Below are positions 28,166 through 36,815 of a stretch of DNA of 64,000 nt, piece by piece. A program made the position numbers and the translations under genes. This stretch comes from Gemmatimonadota bacterium (lineage in GTDB: Bacteria; Gemmatimonadota; Gemmatimonadetes; Gemmatimonadales; GWC2-71-9): assembly GCA_041477065.1 (NCBI GenBank), contig JBGOUQ010000009.1:13979-77978 (forward strand), read 5' to 3'. The notes under the pieces are model-generated. The model was not told the origin of the DNA. It worked only from the letters and a program-made list of their open reading frames with translations, and ran no database searches. The first letter of the stretch is position 1. Every line of letters begins with the position of its first letter.

Positions 28166-29125
28166 GTGAGCGACACTGCCAGCGGACGTTGGCTGCTCCT
28201 CTTCCACCGGCTACCGCCCAAGCCCGACTACTTCCGGGTCAAAGTCTGGCGCAGGCTGCAGCGCATCGGCGCGGTGCCCGTCAAGAACTCCGTGTGGGTC
28301 CTCCCCTATAGCGATCAGGCGGTCGAGGATTTCCACTGGCTGCTTCAGGAAATTGTGGAAGGGCGCGGCGACGGATCGGTGTGCCGAGGGAGCTTCGTGG
28401 ACGGCCTGCGCGACGGTGACATCGAAGCGCTGTTCCGCGCGGCGCGTGGCGCCGACTACGCGTCCCTCGTCCGCGACGCGAAATCGGTCACGGGCAATCC
28501 TGCGCCCGGCGACGTCACGCGCCTCGATCGACGGCTCGCCGAGGTCACGGCGATCGACTTCTTCGATGCACCCGACCGGCGCGGCGCCGAGCGGGTCGTG
28601 GCCCGCCTCGCCGCGCGGGTACAAGGCAGTGAGCAGCGCCCGAGCCGGACGGGGAGGCGGCGGGGAGGGGATCCGACGGCGCGAGGCGGGCGTGTGCGGG
28701 GGCGGACCTGGGTCACCCGGCGGGGGGTGTTCGTCGATCGCATCGCCAGCGCCTGGCTGATCAAGCGGTTCATCGATCCGGAGGTGCGGTTCAAATTCGT
28801 GGCGCCGGAGGGCTACGCGCCCCGCAAAGGAGAGTTGCGCTTCGACATGTTCGAGGCCGAGTACACGCATGAGGGGGATCGCTGCACCTTCGAAACGCTG
28901 CTGCGGCGATTCCACCTGCGCGCTCCCGCGCTCCGGGCCATCGGTGAAATCGTGCACGACATCGACTGCAAGGACGCGAAGTTCGGCCGCGCGGAGGCGG
29001 CGGGCGTGGAGCGCCTGCTCACCGGAGTCGTGCGGAAGTACGCCGCCGACGGCACGCGTCTCCAGCGCGGCGCGGTCGTGTTCGACAACCTCTACCAGGC
29101 GTCCGCCGTCGCGCCCAAGCGGTGA
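28166..29125 (+). CDS. ChrB-family protein (N- and C-terminal ChrB domains)
   Basis: The N-terminal part is WLLLFHRLPPKPDYFRVKVWRRLQRIGAVPVKNSVWVLP and the C-terminal part is DRIASAWLIKRFIDPEVRFKF. The start is GTG. Confidence 0.85.
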   Translation: MSDTASGRWLLLFHRLPPKPDYFRVKVWRRLQRIGAVPVKNSVWVLPYSDQAVEDFHWLLQEIVEGRGDGSVCRGSFVDGLRDGDIEALFRAARGADYASLVRDAKSVTGNPAPGDVTRLDRRLAEVTAIDFFDAPDRRGAERVVARLAARVQGSEQRPSRTGRRRGGDPTARGGRVRGRTWVTRRGVFVDRIASAWLIKRFIDPEVRFKFVAPEGYAPRKGELRFDMFEAEYTHEGDRCTFETLLRRFHLRAPALRAIGEIVHDIDCKDAKFGRAEAAGVERLLTGVVRKYAADGTRLQRGAVVFDNLYQASAVAPKR

Positions 29126-31335
29126 AGCCCACGAACGGATTGCTCCTAGTCGCGCTCGCCCTGCCCGTCGGCGTCACCGCGCAGCGCGCAGCGGGGGCTC
29201 CCGCCACCAGTTTCCGCGTTGTCGCCGCCGGCATCCCGTTACACCTCGATGGCCGGATGGAGGGCCCGGCATGGGCATCCGCCGACTCGATCACGGACTT
29301 CCGTCAACGCGAGCCTCTCGAAGGAGCCCCGGCCAGCGAACGCACGGTCGTGAAGGTGATGCGGGACGCGGTGGCGCTCTACATCGGTGTGCGAGCCTAC
29401 GACGACGACTCGCGGCACGCGCGCGCCAGCCAGTTGCGGCGCGATGCGGACCTCTCCAGCGACGACAACGTGCAGCTCCTGATCGACAGCTTCCACGACC
29501 GCCGCGGAGCCTTCGTGTTCGGGACCAATCGGAACGGCGCGCGGTGGGATGCGCAGCTCACCGACCTCGACAACCTGAACGAGGACTGGAACGGGATCTG
29601 GGACGTGGCGGTGACGCACGATTCTGCTGGGTGGACCGCCGAGTTTCGGATTCCGTTCCGGACGCTCCGGTTCCACGCCGGCGGTGATTTGCGGTTCGGC
29701 TTCAACGTCCGCCGCTTCATCCGGCGCAAGAACGAACAGGATCTCTGGCAATCCTGGGGCCGGGCTCAGGGGCTCTATCACCTCCTGAACGAAGGGGAGC
29801 TGACCGACGTGGGCGCCTTGGGCCGAGCCCGCAACGTCGAGGTCTACCCCTACCTCTTGGCCCGCGCCGTCGCGGCTCCACACGACAGCGGCGGAGCGCG
29901 ACTCGCGGACGGGTTCCTCGGCGGACAGGCCGGGGTGGACGCAAAGGTGGCCGTCTCAGCGACCGTCACGGCCGACCTGACCGCCAATACCGACTTCGCT
30001 CAGGTCGAGGTCGATCAACAGGTCATCAACCTCACCCGGTTTCCTTTCTTCTTCCCCGAGAAACGGGGATTCTTCCTCGAGTCGAGCGGCCTATTCGATT
30101 TCGGAACGCCCGGCCGGACGCAAGTGTTCTATTCGCGCCGCATCGGGCTCGACACGAGCGGCAACCCCGTCCCGATCATCGCCGGTGGGCGTCTGTACGG
30201 ACGCGTGGGCCCCTGGCGCCTCGGAATACTGGATGTACGCACCGGCGGCGGCGACCAGGCGAACGACGCCGTGGTCCGCGTCCAGCACGACCTGTTCGCC
30301 CGGTCCTTCGTCGGGGCGATCGGCAGCCTGCGGACGCGCTCCGGCGCCGGCACGGCCGCGACGGGGGGGCTCGACGTGGACCTGCCGCTGGTGGTTCACG
30401 GGCACAACGTGGAGCCGAAGTTCTGGATCGCCGGGAGCCGGACCCCCGGGGTCGCGGGGGTCCCCTTGGCGTGGCGGCTGTCCACCGACAACCCGAACGA
30501 CCTATTCGACAACTTCGTCTCGCTCTACCGGATCGATGCGGGCTTCACGCCGGCCCTGGGGTTCGTCCGTCGCACCGGAATCTGGGAGACCACCGGACAC
30601 GTGGACTTCATGCCACGTCCAGGAGTGCTTGGGATCCGGCAACTCGATTTGACGGTCCCCATCCCGAGCTGGGACATCATCGCAAACGAGACCGGCTCGC
30701 TGTTCCGGAGTGACGATTGGCAAACCGCCTGGTTCGAGTGGCGGGTGTTCGGAGGCGACCGCCAGAATGGGGATCACTTCGAGGTCAACCTCCAGCGTCT
30801 GATGGATGCCCCAACGGACACCTTCGATGTCTTTCGCGCGGTCCGGATTCCGCCCGGGCGCTATTGGTGGTCCCGATACGAGCTGCAGTACTCCATGTCG
30901 CCTGGCCGCGCGCTGACTTTCGGCGCATTCGTGAACTGGGGTCCGTTCTACAGCGGACGCAGCACCGATATGGAGCTGCAGGGCGCGTGGCGCGGCGGAG
31001 GTCACGTGATCCTCGGCGGCGACGTGACGCGAACGACGGCACGATTGCCCGGCGGCGGCTTCACCGCCGTCCTGGCATCCGGCCGGATCGAGTACGACTT
31101 CAACCCGCGCACGAGTTTCCTGGGGTTCGTACAGGTGAACAACGAAGACCGGCGGGTCGACTTCAACCTGCGGTTCCACTGGATCCCGGTGATTGGCGAC
31201 GACGTGTACCTGGTGTGGAACTCCGGCTTCACGACCGCCCTAGGAGCGTCGTACGCATTCCCGAGCAGCCACTCTCTGCGTCATCCTCTAAACGGGGCCT
31301 TCGTGATCAAAGCGGTGCATCGGCTGGCGCCGTGA
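29122..31335 (+). CDS. DUF5916 / CBM9-like domain outer-membrane-type protein (paralog 1)
   Basis: The GTG start overlaps the chrB stop (GTGA). It has a signal peptide and the N-terminal pattern FRQREPLEGAPASERTVVKVMRDAVALYIGVRAYDDD...WDVAVTHDSAGWTAEFRIPF. Confidence 0.85.
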   Translation: MKPTNGLLLVALALPVGVTAQRAAGAPATSFRVVAAGIPLHLDGRMEGPAWASADSITDFRQREPLEGAPASERTVVKVMRDAVALYIGVRAYDDDSRHARASQLRRDADLSSDDNVQLLIDSFHDRRGAFVFGTNRNGARWDAQLTDLDNLNEDWNGIWDVAVTHDSAGWTAEFRIPFRTLRFHAGGDLRFGFNVRRFIRRKNEQDLWQSWGRAQGLYHLLNEGELTDVGALGRARNVEVYPYLLARAVAAPHDSGGARLADGFLGGQAGVDAKVAVSATVTADLTANTDFAQVEVDQQVINLTRFPFFFPEKRGFFLESSGLFDFGTPGRTQVFYSRRIGLDTSGNPVPIIAGGRLYGRVGPWRLGILDVRTGGGDQANDAVVRVQHDLFARSFVGAIGSLRTRSGAGTAATGGLDVDLPLVVHGHNVEPKFWIAGSRTPGVAGVPLAWRLSTDNPNDLFDNFVSLYRIDAGFTPALGFVRRTGIWETTGHVDFMPRPGVLGIRQLDLTVPIPSWDIIANETGSLFRSDDWQTAWFEWRVFGGDRQNGDHFEVNLQRLMDAPTDTFDVFRAVRIPPGRYWWSRYELQYSMSPGRALTFGAFVNWGPFYSGRSTDMELQGAWRGGGHVILGGDVTRTTARLPGGGFTAVLASGRIEYDFNPRTSFLGFVQVNNEDRRVDFNLRFHWIPVIGDDVYLVWNSGFTTALGASYAFPSSHSLRHPLNGAFVIKAVHRLAP

Positions 31336-31348
31336 ATCGTGGGGTGAA

Positions 31349-31430
31349 TGCCCTGGCCCGGATTCGAACCGGGATGCCTTGCGGCGCTGCCCCCTCAAGA
31401 CAGTGTGTCTACCAGTTTCACCACCAGGGC
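31349..31430 (-). tRNA. tRNA-Leu (anticodon GAG)
   Basis: Class II tRNA: acceptor GCCCTGG/CCAGGGC, anticodon loop TTGAGGG, long variable arm, T-arm CCCGG-TTCGAAT-CCGGG. Confidence 0.9.
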
Positions 31431-31528
31431 GGGCTCAAGAAGGTAGAAACCCTCCCCCCCACGGTCAAGCAGACCCGCCACTCCCCGCCCCATTGCGTGC
31501 CGCGGGCCTCCGACGAGAGACTCCACAC

Positions 31529-32710
31529 ATGGACCCGTCCCCGCCCGCCTCGCAGACCGGGGGGTCGCCCCGCCCCCTCCGCCCCCTCACCGTCTTCGAG
31601 ACGGGCGTGGCCCACCTGGTGAATCTCCTCAACAATCGCCTCAGCTCCATCCTCGCGTTCGGGGAGCTGATGGACCGCTCCCTGCTCCAACCCCGCGACC
31701 GGGAAGCCCTCGACGAGATCGGGAAGCAGGTGCGCGAAGCCGCGCAGGTGGTGCGCGACCTTGGCCAGCTGGTGCAGCCGCCCGGCCCGCGCGGCGGCGT
31801 GACCCACCTGCCGACGGCGCTCGCCGAAGCGCTCCGTCTGAGCCAGCCCGCCCTCGTCGCCCGAGGGATCACCGTCCGGATGGACTTGGACCCCAGCGCG
31901 TCCCTCGTCGCCGGGAGCCAGTCCGACGTGGTGAACCTCTTCGTCCGGCTCCTCACCTTCGCCGCCGCCCGCCTCGCCGACCTCGCACCTCCCGCGCCGC
32001 GTGAGGTCTCCTGGGCCGCGCGCGCGCTCGGCGCGAGCGTGGTGGTGACGCAGGGTGACACCGGACCCGCCCTCCCCACGGTCGTCCCCCGGCTCGATCT
32101 GAACTACTTCCGGCCCGCCGATCCGGCGTTCGCCGGACACGTGGAGCTGTCGCTGGCGCAGCGCGTCGCCGAGAACTGCGAGGCGGCGCTGCGGCTCGAG
32201 GGCGACGCGCGGGGGCGCGCCGAGGTCACGGTGACGATGATCCCGGGAAGCCTGCTCGCTCCCCCGGCCCCGGGAGCCGCGGCTCGCCCGGCCCGCTCCA
32301 GTCCACCCCCCTCTCCCTCCCTCTCCCCCAGTCCCGCTCGGGCCGGCCGTATCCTGGTGGCCGACGACGACCAGGCCAACCGCCGCGCCCTCTCCCAGCT
32401 GCTCGAAGCCCACGGGCACCGCGTCACCGTCGTGGCCGACGGGGAGGAAGCGTTGGCGCAGATCGGGCGCGATGCTTTTGACGTCGTCGTCACCGACCTC
32501 CACATGCCGCGGCTTGACGGCCGGGCGCTGTACGAGCAGGTGGCCGCCCGAAGTCCCGGCCTGGCACGCCGCTTCGTTTTCGTCACCGGGGACCACATCA
32601 ACCCCGACTCGCAGCGCTTCCTGCAGAACGTCCCCCAGCCCGTGATCCACAAGCCGTATGAGATCGCGGACCTCCTCGGCGCGATCCACGAGGTCCGGCG
32701 GCGGGAGTGA
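31529..32710 (+). CDS. Degenerate histidine-kinase-like core fused to a receiver domain (paralog 1, soluble)
   Basis: The DHp-like helix is VAHLVNLLNNRLSSILAFGEL, and the ATPase-like region has weak G boxes. The receiver looks intact (VADDD...VVTDLHMP...FVTGD...HKP). Confidence 0.8.
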   Translation: MDPSPPASQTGGSPRPLRPLTVFETGVAHLVNLLNNRLSSILAFGELMDRSLLQPRDREALDEIGKQVREAAQVVRDLGQLVQPPGPRGGVTHLPTALAEALRLSQPALVARGITVRMDLDPSASLVAGSQSDVVNLFVRLLTFAAARLADLAPPAPREVSWAARALGASVVVTQGDTGPALPTVVPRLDLNYFRPADPAFAGHVELSLAQRVAENCEAALRLEGDARGRAEVTVTMIPGSLLAPPAPGAAARPARSSPPPSPSLSPSPARAGRILVADDDQANRRALSQLLEAHGHRVTVVADGEEALAQIGRDAFDVVVTDLHMPRLDGRALYEQVAARSPGLARRFVFVTGDHINPDSQRFLQNVPQPVIHKPYEIADLLGAIHEVRRRE

Positions 32711-32746
32711 GTTGCGGGAGGACGGGCGCGTCAGACATCTTGCAGC

Positions 32747-34054
32747 ATGGGACTCTGGGTTCCCTTCCTCTTCGGGGCGGGCATCGGCGCGCTGGTCGGC
32801 TACCTCTTCGGACGGCGCCGCCGCCCCGCGCTGCCGCCACCCCCGCGCCCCACACCCCGCAGCACGCCGGCCCCCACTCAGTCTCGCGGCGAGCTGCATC
32901 GGGTCGCGGTGGACGAGGGAGCCGCCAACGTGCTCAACGCCCTGAACAACCGTCTGGCCGCCATCGGCGCGCTCGCCGACTTGTTGCGCGAAGGAGCAGA
33001 GGGCCGCAGTGGGCTCGACCCCGAGCGGCAGCGCGCCCTGCTGATGCTGCACGGGGAAGTGCGGCGCGCCGCCGAGATCACCCAGCACTTTCTGGAGCTC
33101 ACCGAGCACCCGGTCGGGGCGGCGGAGCCCAGCGACCCCGCCATGGTCCTCGCGGGGGTGCTCGCCGAGCGCGAGACGACGCTCAAGGAGCTCGCGGTGC
33201 GGATCGTCCGCATCCCTGCCGAGACGGGAGCCGTGGCGCTGGTCGCCTGCCCGCGGGCGCAGCTCGGGGACATCCTCACCCGACTGGTGGATTTCGCGCT
33301 GCGCCGGCTGCGGGAGGCGTCCGCGCCGCGGGAGCTGCGCCTGGGCATCTCGGAGATCGGCCCGTCGGTGGCGGTCTCGCTGTGGGATAGCGGCGCCCCG
33401 CTCTCGGTCGAAGCCGAGCAGCGCCTCGTCTCGCCGTTCCGGTTCACGCACAGCGGGGGCGGAGGGGAAATCGAGTTCGCGCTGGCGCGCGCCCTGGTGC
33501 AATCCTCGGGCGGCAGCGTGCGGCTGCGGCAGCGCGGCGGGGGGATCGGCGCCGAAGTCGTCGTGACGATTCCCAAGAGCGTGCTCGGCCCGCTCGCGCA
33601 TGCCGCCGCTCAAGCGCCGACCCTGCCGCGCCTGCGCATCCTGGTCGTGGACGACGACGCGGTGAATCGCGAAGCGATGCGGATGCTGCTCGAGCGCGAG
33701 GGCCACGACGTCGTCGCGGTCGAGGACGGACTGGCGGCGGCGGGGCGGCTCGCCCCGACGGGCTCCCCTCCCACCTTCACACGCTTCGACGCGGTGGTGA
33801 CGGACCTCCAGATGCCCCGCCTCGGCGGGCGAGCGCTGTACGAGCAGGTCGCCGAGGAGCAGCCGCAGCTGGCGCGGCGCTTCGTGTTCGTCACCGGCGA
33901 CGGCGCCCGCGCCGACACCCGCACCTTTCTCGAGGACTGCGGGCAGCCCGCCGTACTGAAGCCCTACGAGCTGCAGGACCTGCTGAGCGCGATCGGCGCC
34001 GTGACGCGCCGCGGCTTCCCCCCTCCTCCACCGCAGCCTCGCACCCCGGTCTGA
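32747..34054 (+). CDS. Degenerate histidine-kinase-like core fused to a receiver domain (paralog 2, N-terminal TM)
   Basis: It has an N-terminal TM (MGLWVPFLFGAGIGALVGYLFG), a Pro-rich linker and the helix GAANVLNALNNRLAAIGALADLL. The receiver is nearly identical in motif layout to paralog 1. Confidence 0.8.
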   Translation: MGLWVPFLFGAGIGALVGYLFGRRRRPALPPPPRPTPRSTPAPTQSRGELHRVAVDEGAANVLNALNNRLAAIGALADLLREGAEGRSGLDPERQRALLMLHGEVRRAAEITQHFLELTEHPVGAAEPSDPAMVLAGVLAERETTLKELAVRIVRIPAETGAVALVACPRAQLGDILTRLVDFALRRLREASAPRELRLGISEIGPSVAVSLWDSGAPLSVEAEQRLVSPFRFTHSGGGGEIEFALARALVQSSGGSVRLRQRGGGIGAEVVVTIPKSVLGPLAHAAAQAPTLPRLRILVVDDDAVNREAMRMLLEREGHDVVAVEDGLAAAGRLAPTGSPPTFTRFDAVVTDLQMPRLGGRALYEQVAEEQPQLARRFVFVTGDGARADTRTFLEDCGQPAVLKPYELQDLLSAIGAVTRRGFPPPPPQPRTPV

Positions 34055-34154
34055 GGCGCCGCCGTTTCGCGCCGTGACGGAGGTTCGCCCGTCGCGGTCG
34101 CGGAACGCGAGAGTCTCGCGGACGCGCCCAGAAGGCGAGCCGAAGTGCCAGTAG

Positions 34155-36713
34155 CTACCAGTTCAACCAGTAGGACGCTTTGATCAGGAACGTGTTGTCG
34201 GGGTGCTGGTCGAACAGCCTCCCGATGTCCCGGCCGAAGGACTGTTCCCCCATCGCCGGCAGGAAGTCCTGGCGCCCCTGCGTCCACACGAGGTACAACG
34301 TGGAGCCGGGCCGGTACTCCCACCGCATCACCACGTTGGAGCGGAACTGCTTGAAGTTGAACCCGCCGGGGGTGTTCGTGACGGCGGTGTCGCCGTAGGG
34401 CCGGAACCGCGCGTTGTAGTCCGCCGCGCGCGGCGACCCCAGCTCGCGCACGTTGCTGTACGTGCCTTTGCTGACGAACGGCTGGAGATACATCTGGAGC
34501 GACAGCGTGGTGGTGAAGGTGTAGTCGAGCCGCCCCGTGAGGGAGAGCGTGCGCTGCTCGAGGTGCGCAAAGGTGTAGTGCGCCGCGCCGGTGGAGTCGG
34601 TGAAATTGCCGAACCACTGGTTGTCGTCCCGGTTGTGCGTGTAGTTGGCCGAGAGCACGCTGGTCATGTTGGCGGCGAGCTTGAAATCGAGCTCGGGGGA
34701 GAGGTTCAGCGACGAGCCCCGGCCCTGCTCGCCCCGCCAATAGTTGAACCAGAAGTAGGGAATGATGCGCTTGCGGTCGTCACCCCCGATACCGCCCCAG
34801 GGAGCGATGTAGGAATCCTGGCGCACCGCCGGCCCGCCACGCGCGCAGCGGTCGCAATAGGTGGTGCCGAGCTGCCCGAGCGTGCCCCCCAGGTGCAGCC
34901 ACCACCGATTGGTGAGCTGGCTGTGCATGTTGGTGTTGAACGCCGCTTCCTGCGGCAGCCCGCCCGCCGACCAATATTGCCACCAGTTGAAGTTCCAATT
35001 GGCGCGCCGATAGAGGTGGGTCGGGGTGTTGAAGCGCAGGCCCAGCCAGTTGTTCCAGCTTTGCTGGTCGGCGCGCAGCAGGAAGCCAAGGTCGTTGGCC
35101 TCGAATCCCGGCGAGCGCCGCAGGTAGCTCGTCTCGAAGTTCGTCACCTTGCCACCCACCTTGCCGAAGTGCACCTCTTCGGCGTCGCCGGTCAACACCC
35201 GGAGATTGGGATCGACGCGCTGTCCACCATCGGGCCGCTGATACTGGTGCACGGCGTCCAGCTGGGTGAGCGTCATGGCTTGCGGTGTGCCGGCCACCCG
35301 GCTCACGTCGAGCGACGCGGTCAGCTCGTACCTCGCGTGCGCGAAGCGGTGCCGCATGTCCACCGCGCCCACGTACGCGCTGCTCCGCAGCAGCGTGTCG
35401 CTCCAGCGGTCCAGGTCACGATTCACGCCGGTGAAGATCACGCCGATGCCGCTCTGCCCGCCCCGCAGGTCCTGCTGCAGGCGGGCGACGGTGTAGTTGG
35501 TGCGCGGCTCGAGCGTTGCACCCGCCGGTCCCACGGCGCGCTGAGTCATGGCCTCGAGCAGGCCTACCGACATGCCGCCGGCGGCCCGGCCGGTCAGCTT
35601 CGCAGCGCCGAGGATGGTGGTGCCGGTCGGTGAGCGCGCGTCGCCGTACTCGCCCAGGAGCTGCGGCGAGCGGCCGATGCGCCGCGAATAGAACAGCCCC
35701 TCCCCGTTGCAGTTCACCGCGCTGCAATCCAGGTCGAGGCGGAAGATCCCCGTGCCCTCGACGAAGAACGGCCGCCGCTCCTGAAAGAACGTCTCGAACG
35801 CTCCGAGGTTCAGCACCGCGGGGTCGGCTTCCACCTGGCCGAAGTCCGGGTTCACCGTGCCGTTGAGCGTGAGGTTCGAGCTGAGGCGGTACTTCAGATC
35901 CGCTCCCGCGGTGAAGTCCTGGTTCCGGCCGAAGCCGCTCGCCGTCGGCACCGAGACGTTCTTGGTCACCGTGTAGGGGGCCATCTCGAGTCGCCGCGGC
36001 GCGGCCAGCCCGTCCAGCCCCGTTACTTCGCCGAACTGGGACACGAGCCCGGAGCGGGAGCGACGGAGCAGCGGCCAGCTAAACCGCTCGGTGTAACGGT
36101 ACAGGTCGCGGATGATCATGAACCCGAAAGTGTGGGTCGTGGTGTTCGGGTAGCGCAGCTGCGACAGCGGAATCCGGTACTCCGCGGTCCACCCCGCCGA
36201 GTCGATCGCCGTAGCGACGTCCCAGACCCCGTCCCACGCGTCGTCTTCGTTGCCGTCGTTGTAGATGGCGAGGTCCATCTTCACGCCGGCCGGGGTGACG
36301 CCAAATTCGTACCCGGTGCGGCGGTCGTGGTAGGAATCGATCATCACCCAGACGCGGTCGGAGGGACCGAAGTTGTCCCGCCGGAACAGCGGCTTGATGA
36401 TGCTGTCGGGATGCGGATCGAACGCCCGGATGAAGACGTACAGGTTGCGGTCGTCGTAGGCGACGCGCGCTTCGGTGCGGAACCGCGGATCGGCGTCCTC
36501 TTTGGGATCCCACTCGCGGAATTCGGTTATCGCGGTGGCCTGGCGCCAGACCTCGTCGTCGTCGCGACCGTCCAGTACCGGCGCGCGCACCGCGTGAATG
36601 GCGGCGATACTGCCGGGGGCGGGATCGGGTGTGGTACGGGCGCGCGGAGGCCGGGCATTCGGGCCCTGCGCGGCGAACGTGACGGCGGCGAGCAGCGGAA
36701 CGGCCAGCAGCAT
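34155..36713 (-). CDS. DUF5916 / CBM9-like domain outer-membrane-type protein (paralog 2)
   Basis: 852 aa with a signal peptide and the same N-terminal pattern as paralog 1 (FREWDPKEDADPRFRTEARVAYDDRNLYVFIRAFDP...WDVATAIDSAGWTAEYRIPL). Confidence 0.85.
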   Translation of the reverse strand: MLLAVPLLAAVTFAAQGPNARPPRARTTPDPAPGSIAAIHAVRAPVLDGRDDDEVWRQATAITEFREWDPKEDADPRFRTEARVAYDDRNLYVFIRAFDPHPDSIIKPLFRRDNFGPSDRVWVMIDSYHDRRTGYEFGVTPAGVKMDLAIYNDGNEDDAWDGVWDVATAIDSAGWTAEYRIPLSQLRYPNTTTHTFGFMIIRDLYRYTERFSWPLLRRSRSGLVSQFGEVTGLDGLAAPRRLEMAPYTVTKNVSVPTASGFGRNQDFTAGADLKYRLSSNLTLNGTVNPDFGQVEADPAVLNLGAFETFFQERRPFFVEGTGIFRLDLDCSAVNCNGEGLFYSRRIGRSPQLLGEYGDARSPTGTTILGAAKLTGRAAGGMSVGLLEAMTQRAVGPAGATLEPRTNYTVARLQQDLRGGQSGIGVIFTGVNRDLDRWSDTLLRSSAYVGAVDMRHRFAHARYELTASLDVSRVAGTPQAMTLTQLDAVHQYQRPDGGQRVDPNLRVLTGDAEEVHFGKVGGKVTNFETSYLRRSPGFEANDLGFLLRADQQSWNNWLGLRFNTPTHLYRRANWNFNWWQYWSAGGLPQEAAFNTNMHSQLTNRWWLHLGGTLGQLGTTYCDRCARGGPAVRQDSYIAPWGGIGGDDRKRIIPYFWFNYWRGEQGRGSSLNLSPELDFKLAANMTSVLSANYTHNRDDNQWFGNFTDSTGAAHYTFAHLEQRTLSLTGRLDYTFTTTLSLQMYLQPFVSKGTYSNVRELGSPRAADYNARFRPYGDTAVTNTPGGFNFKQFRSNVVMRWEYRPGSTLYLVWTQGRQDFLPAMGEQSFGRDIGRLFDQHPDNTFLIKASYWLNW

Positions 36714-36715
36714 GA

Positions 36716-36759
36716 GAATCCCCCGAGCGGCGGTGGTGTCCTCCTTAGACGGGGGATTC
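36716..36759 (-). promoter_or_regulatory. 10-bp GC-rich hairpin in the 5' leader of DUF5916 paralog 2, with the SD in its loop
   Basis: The minus strand reads GAATCCCCCG-(24 nt loop containing AAGGAGGA)-CGGGGGATTC-TC-ATG. The arms were read directly (36750-36759 and 36716-36725). Confidence 0.5.
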
Positions 36760-36815
36760 GGGAAAAAGGTTGCCGCTGGGATCGTCAGGAAACCGCGACA
36801 ACAGGCAGGTACTTC

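Noticed and set aside
27683-29125. The ChrB genes as a chromate-resistance operon.
   Set aside because: No ChrA transporter or chromate reductase gene is present in the window, so a resistance function cannot be supported from sequence.
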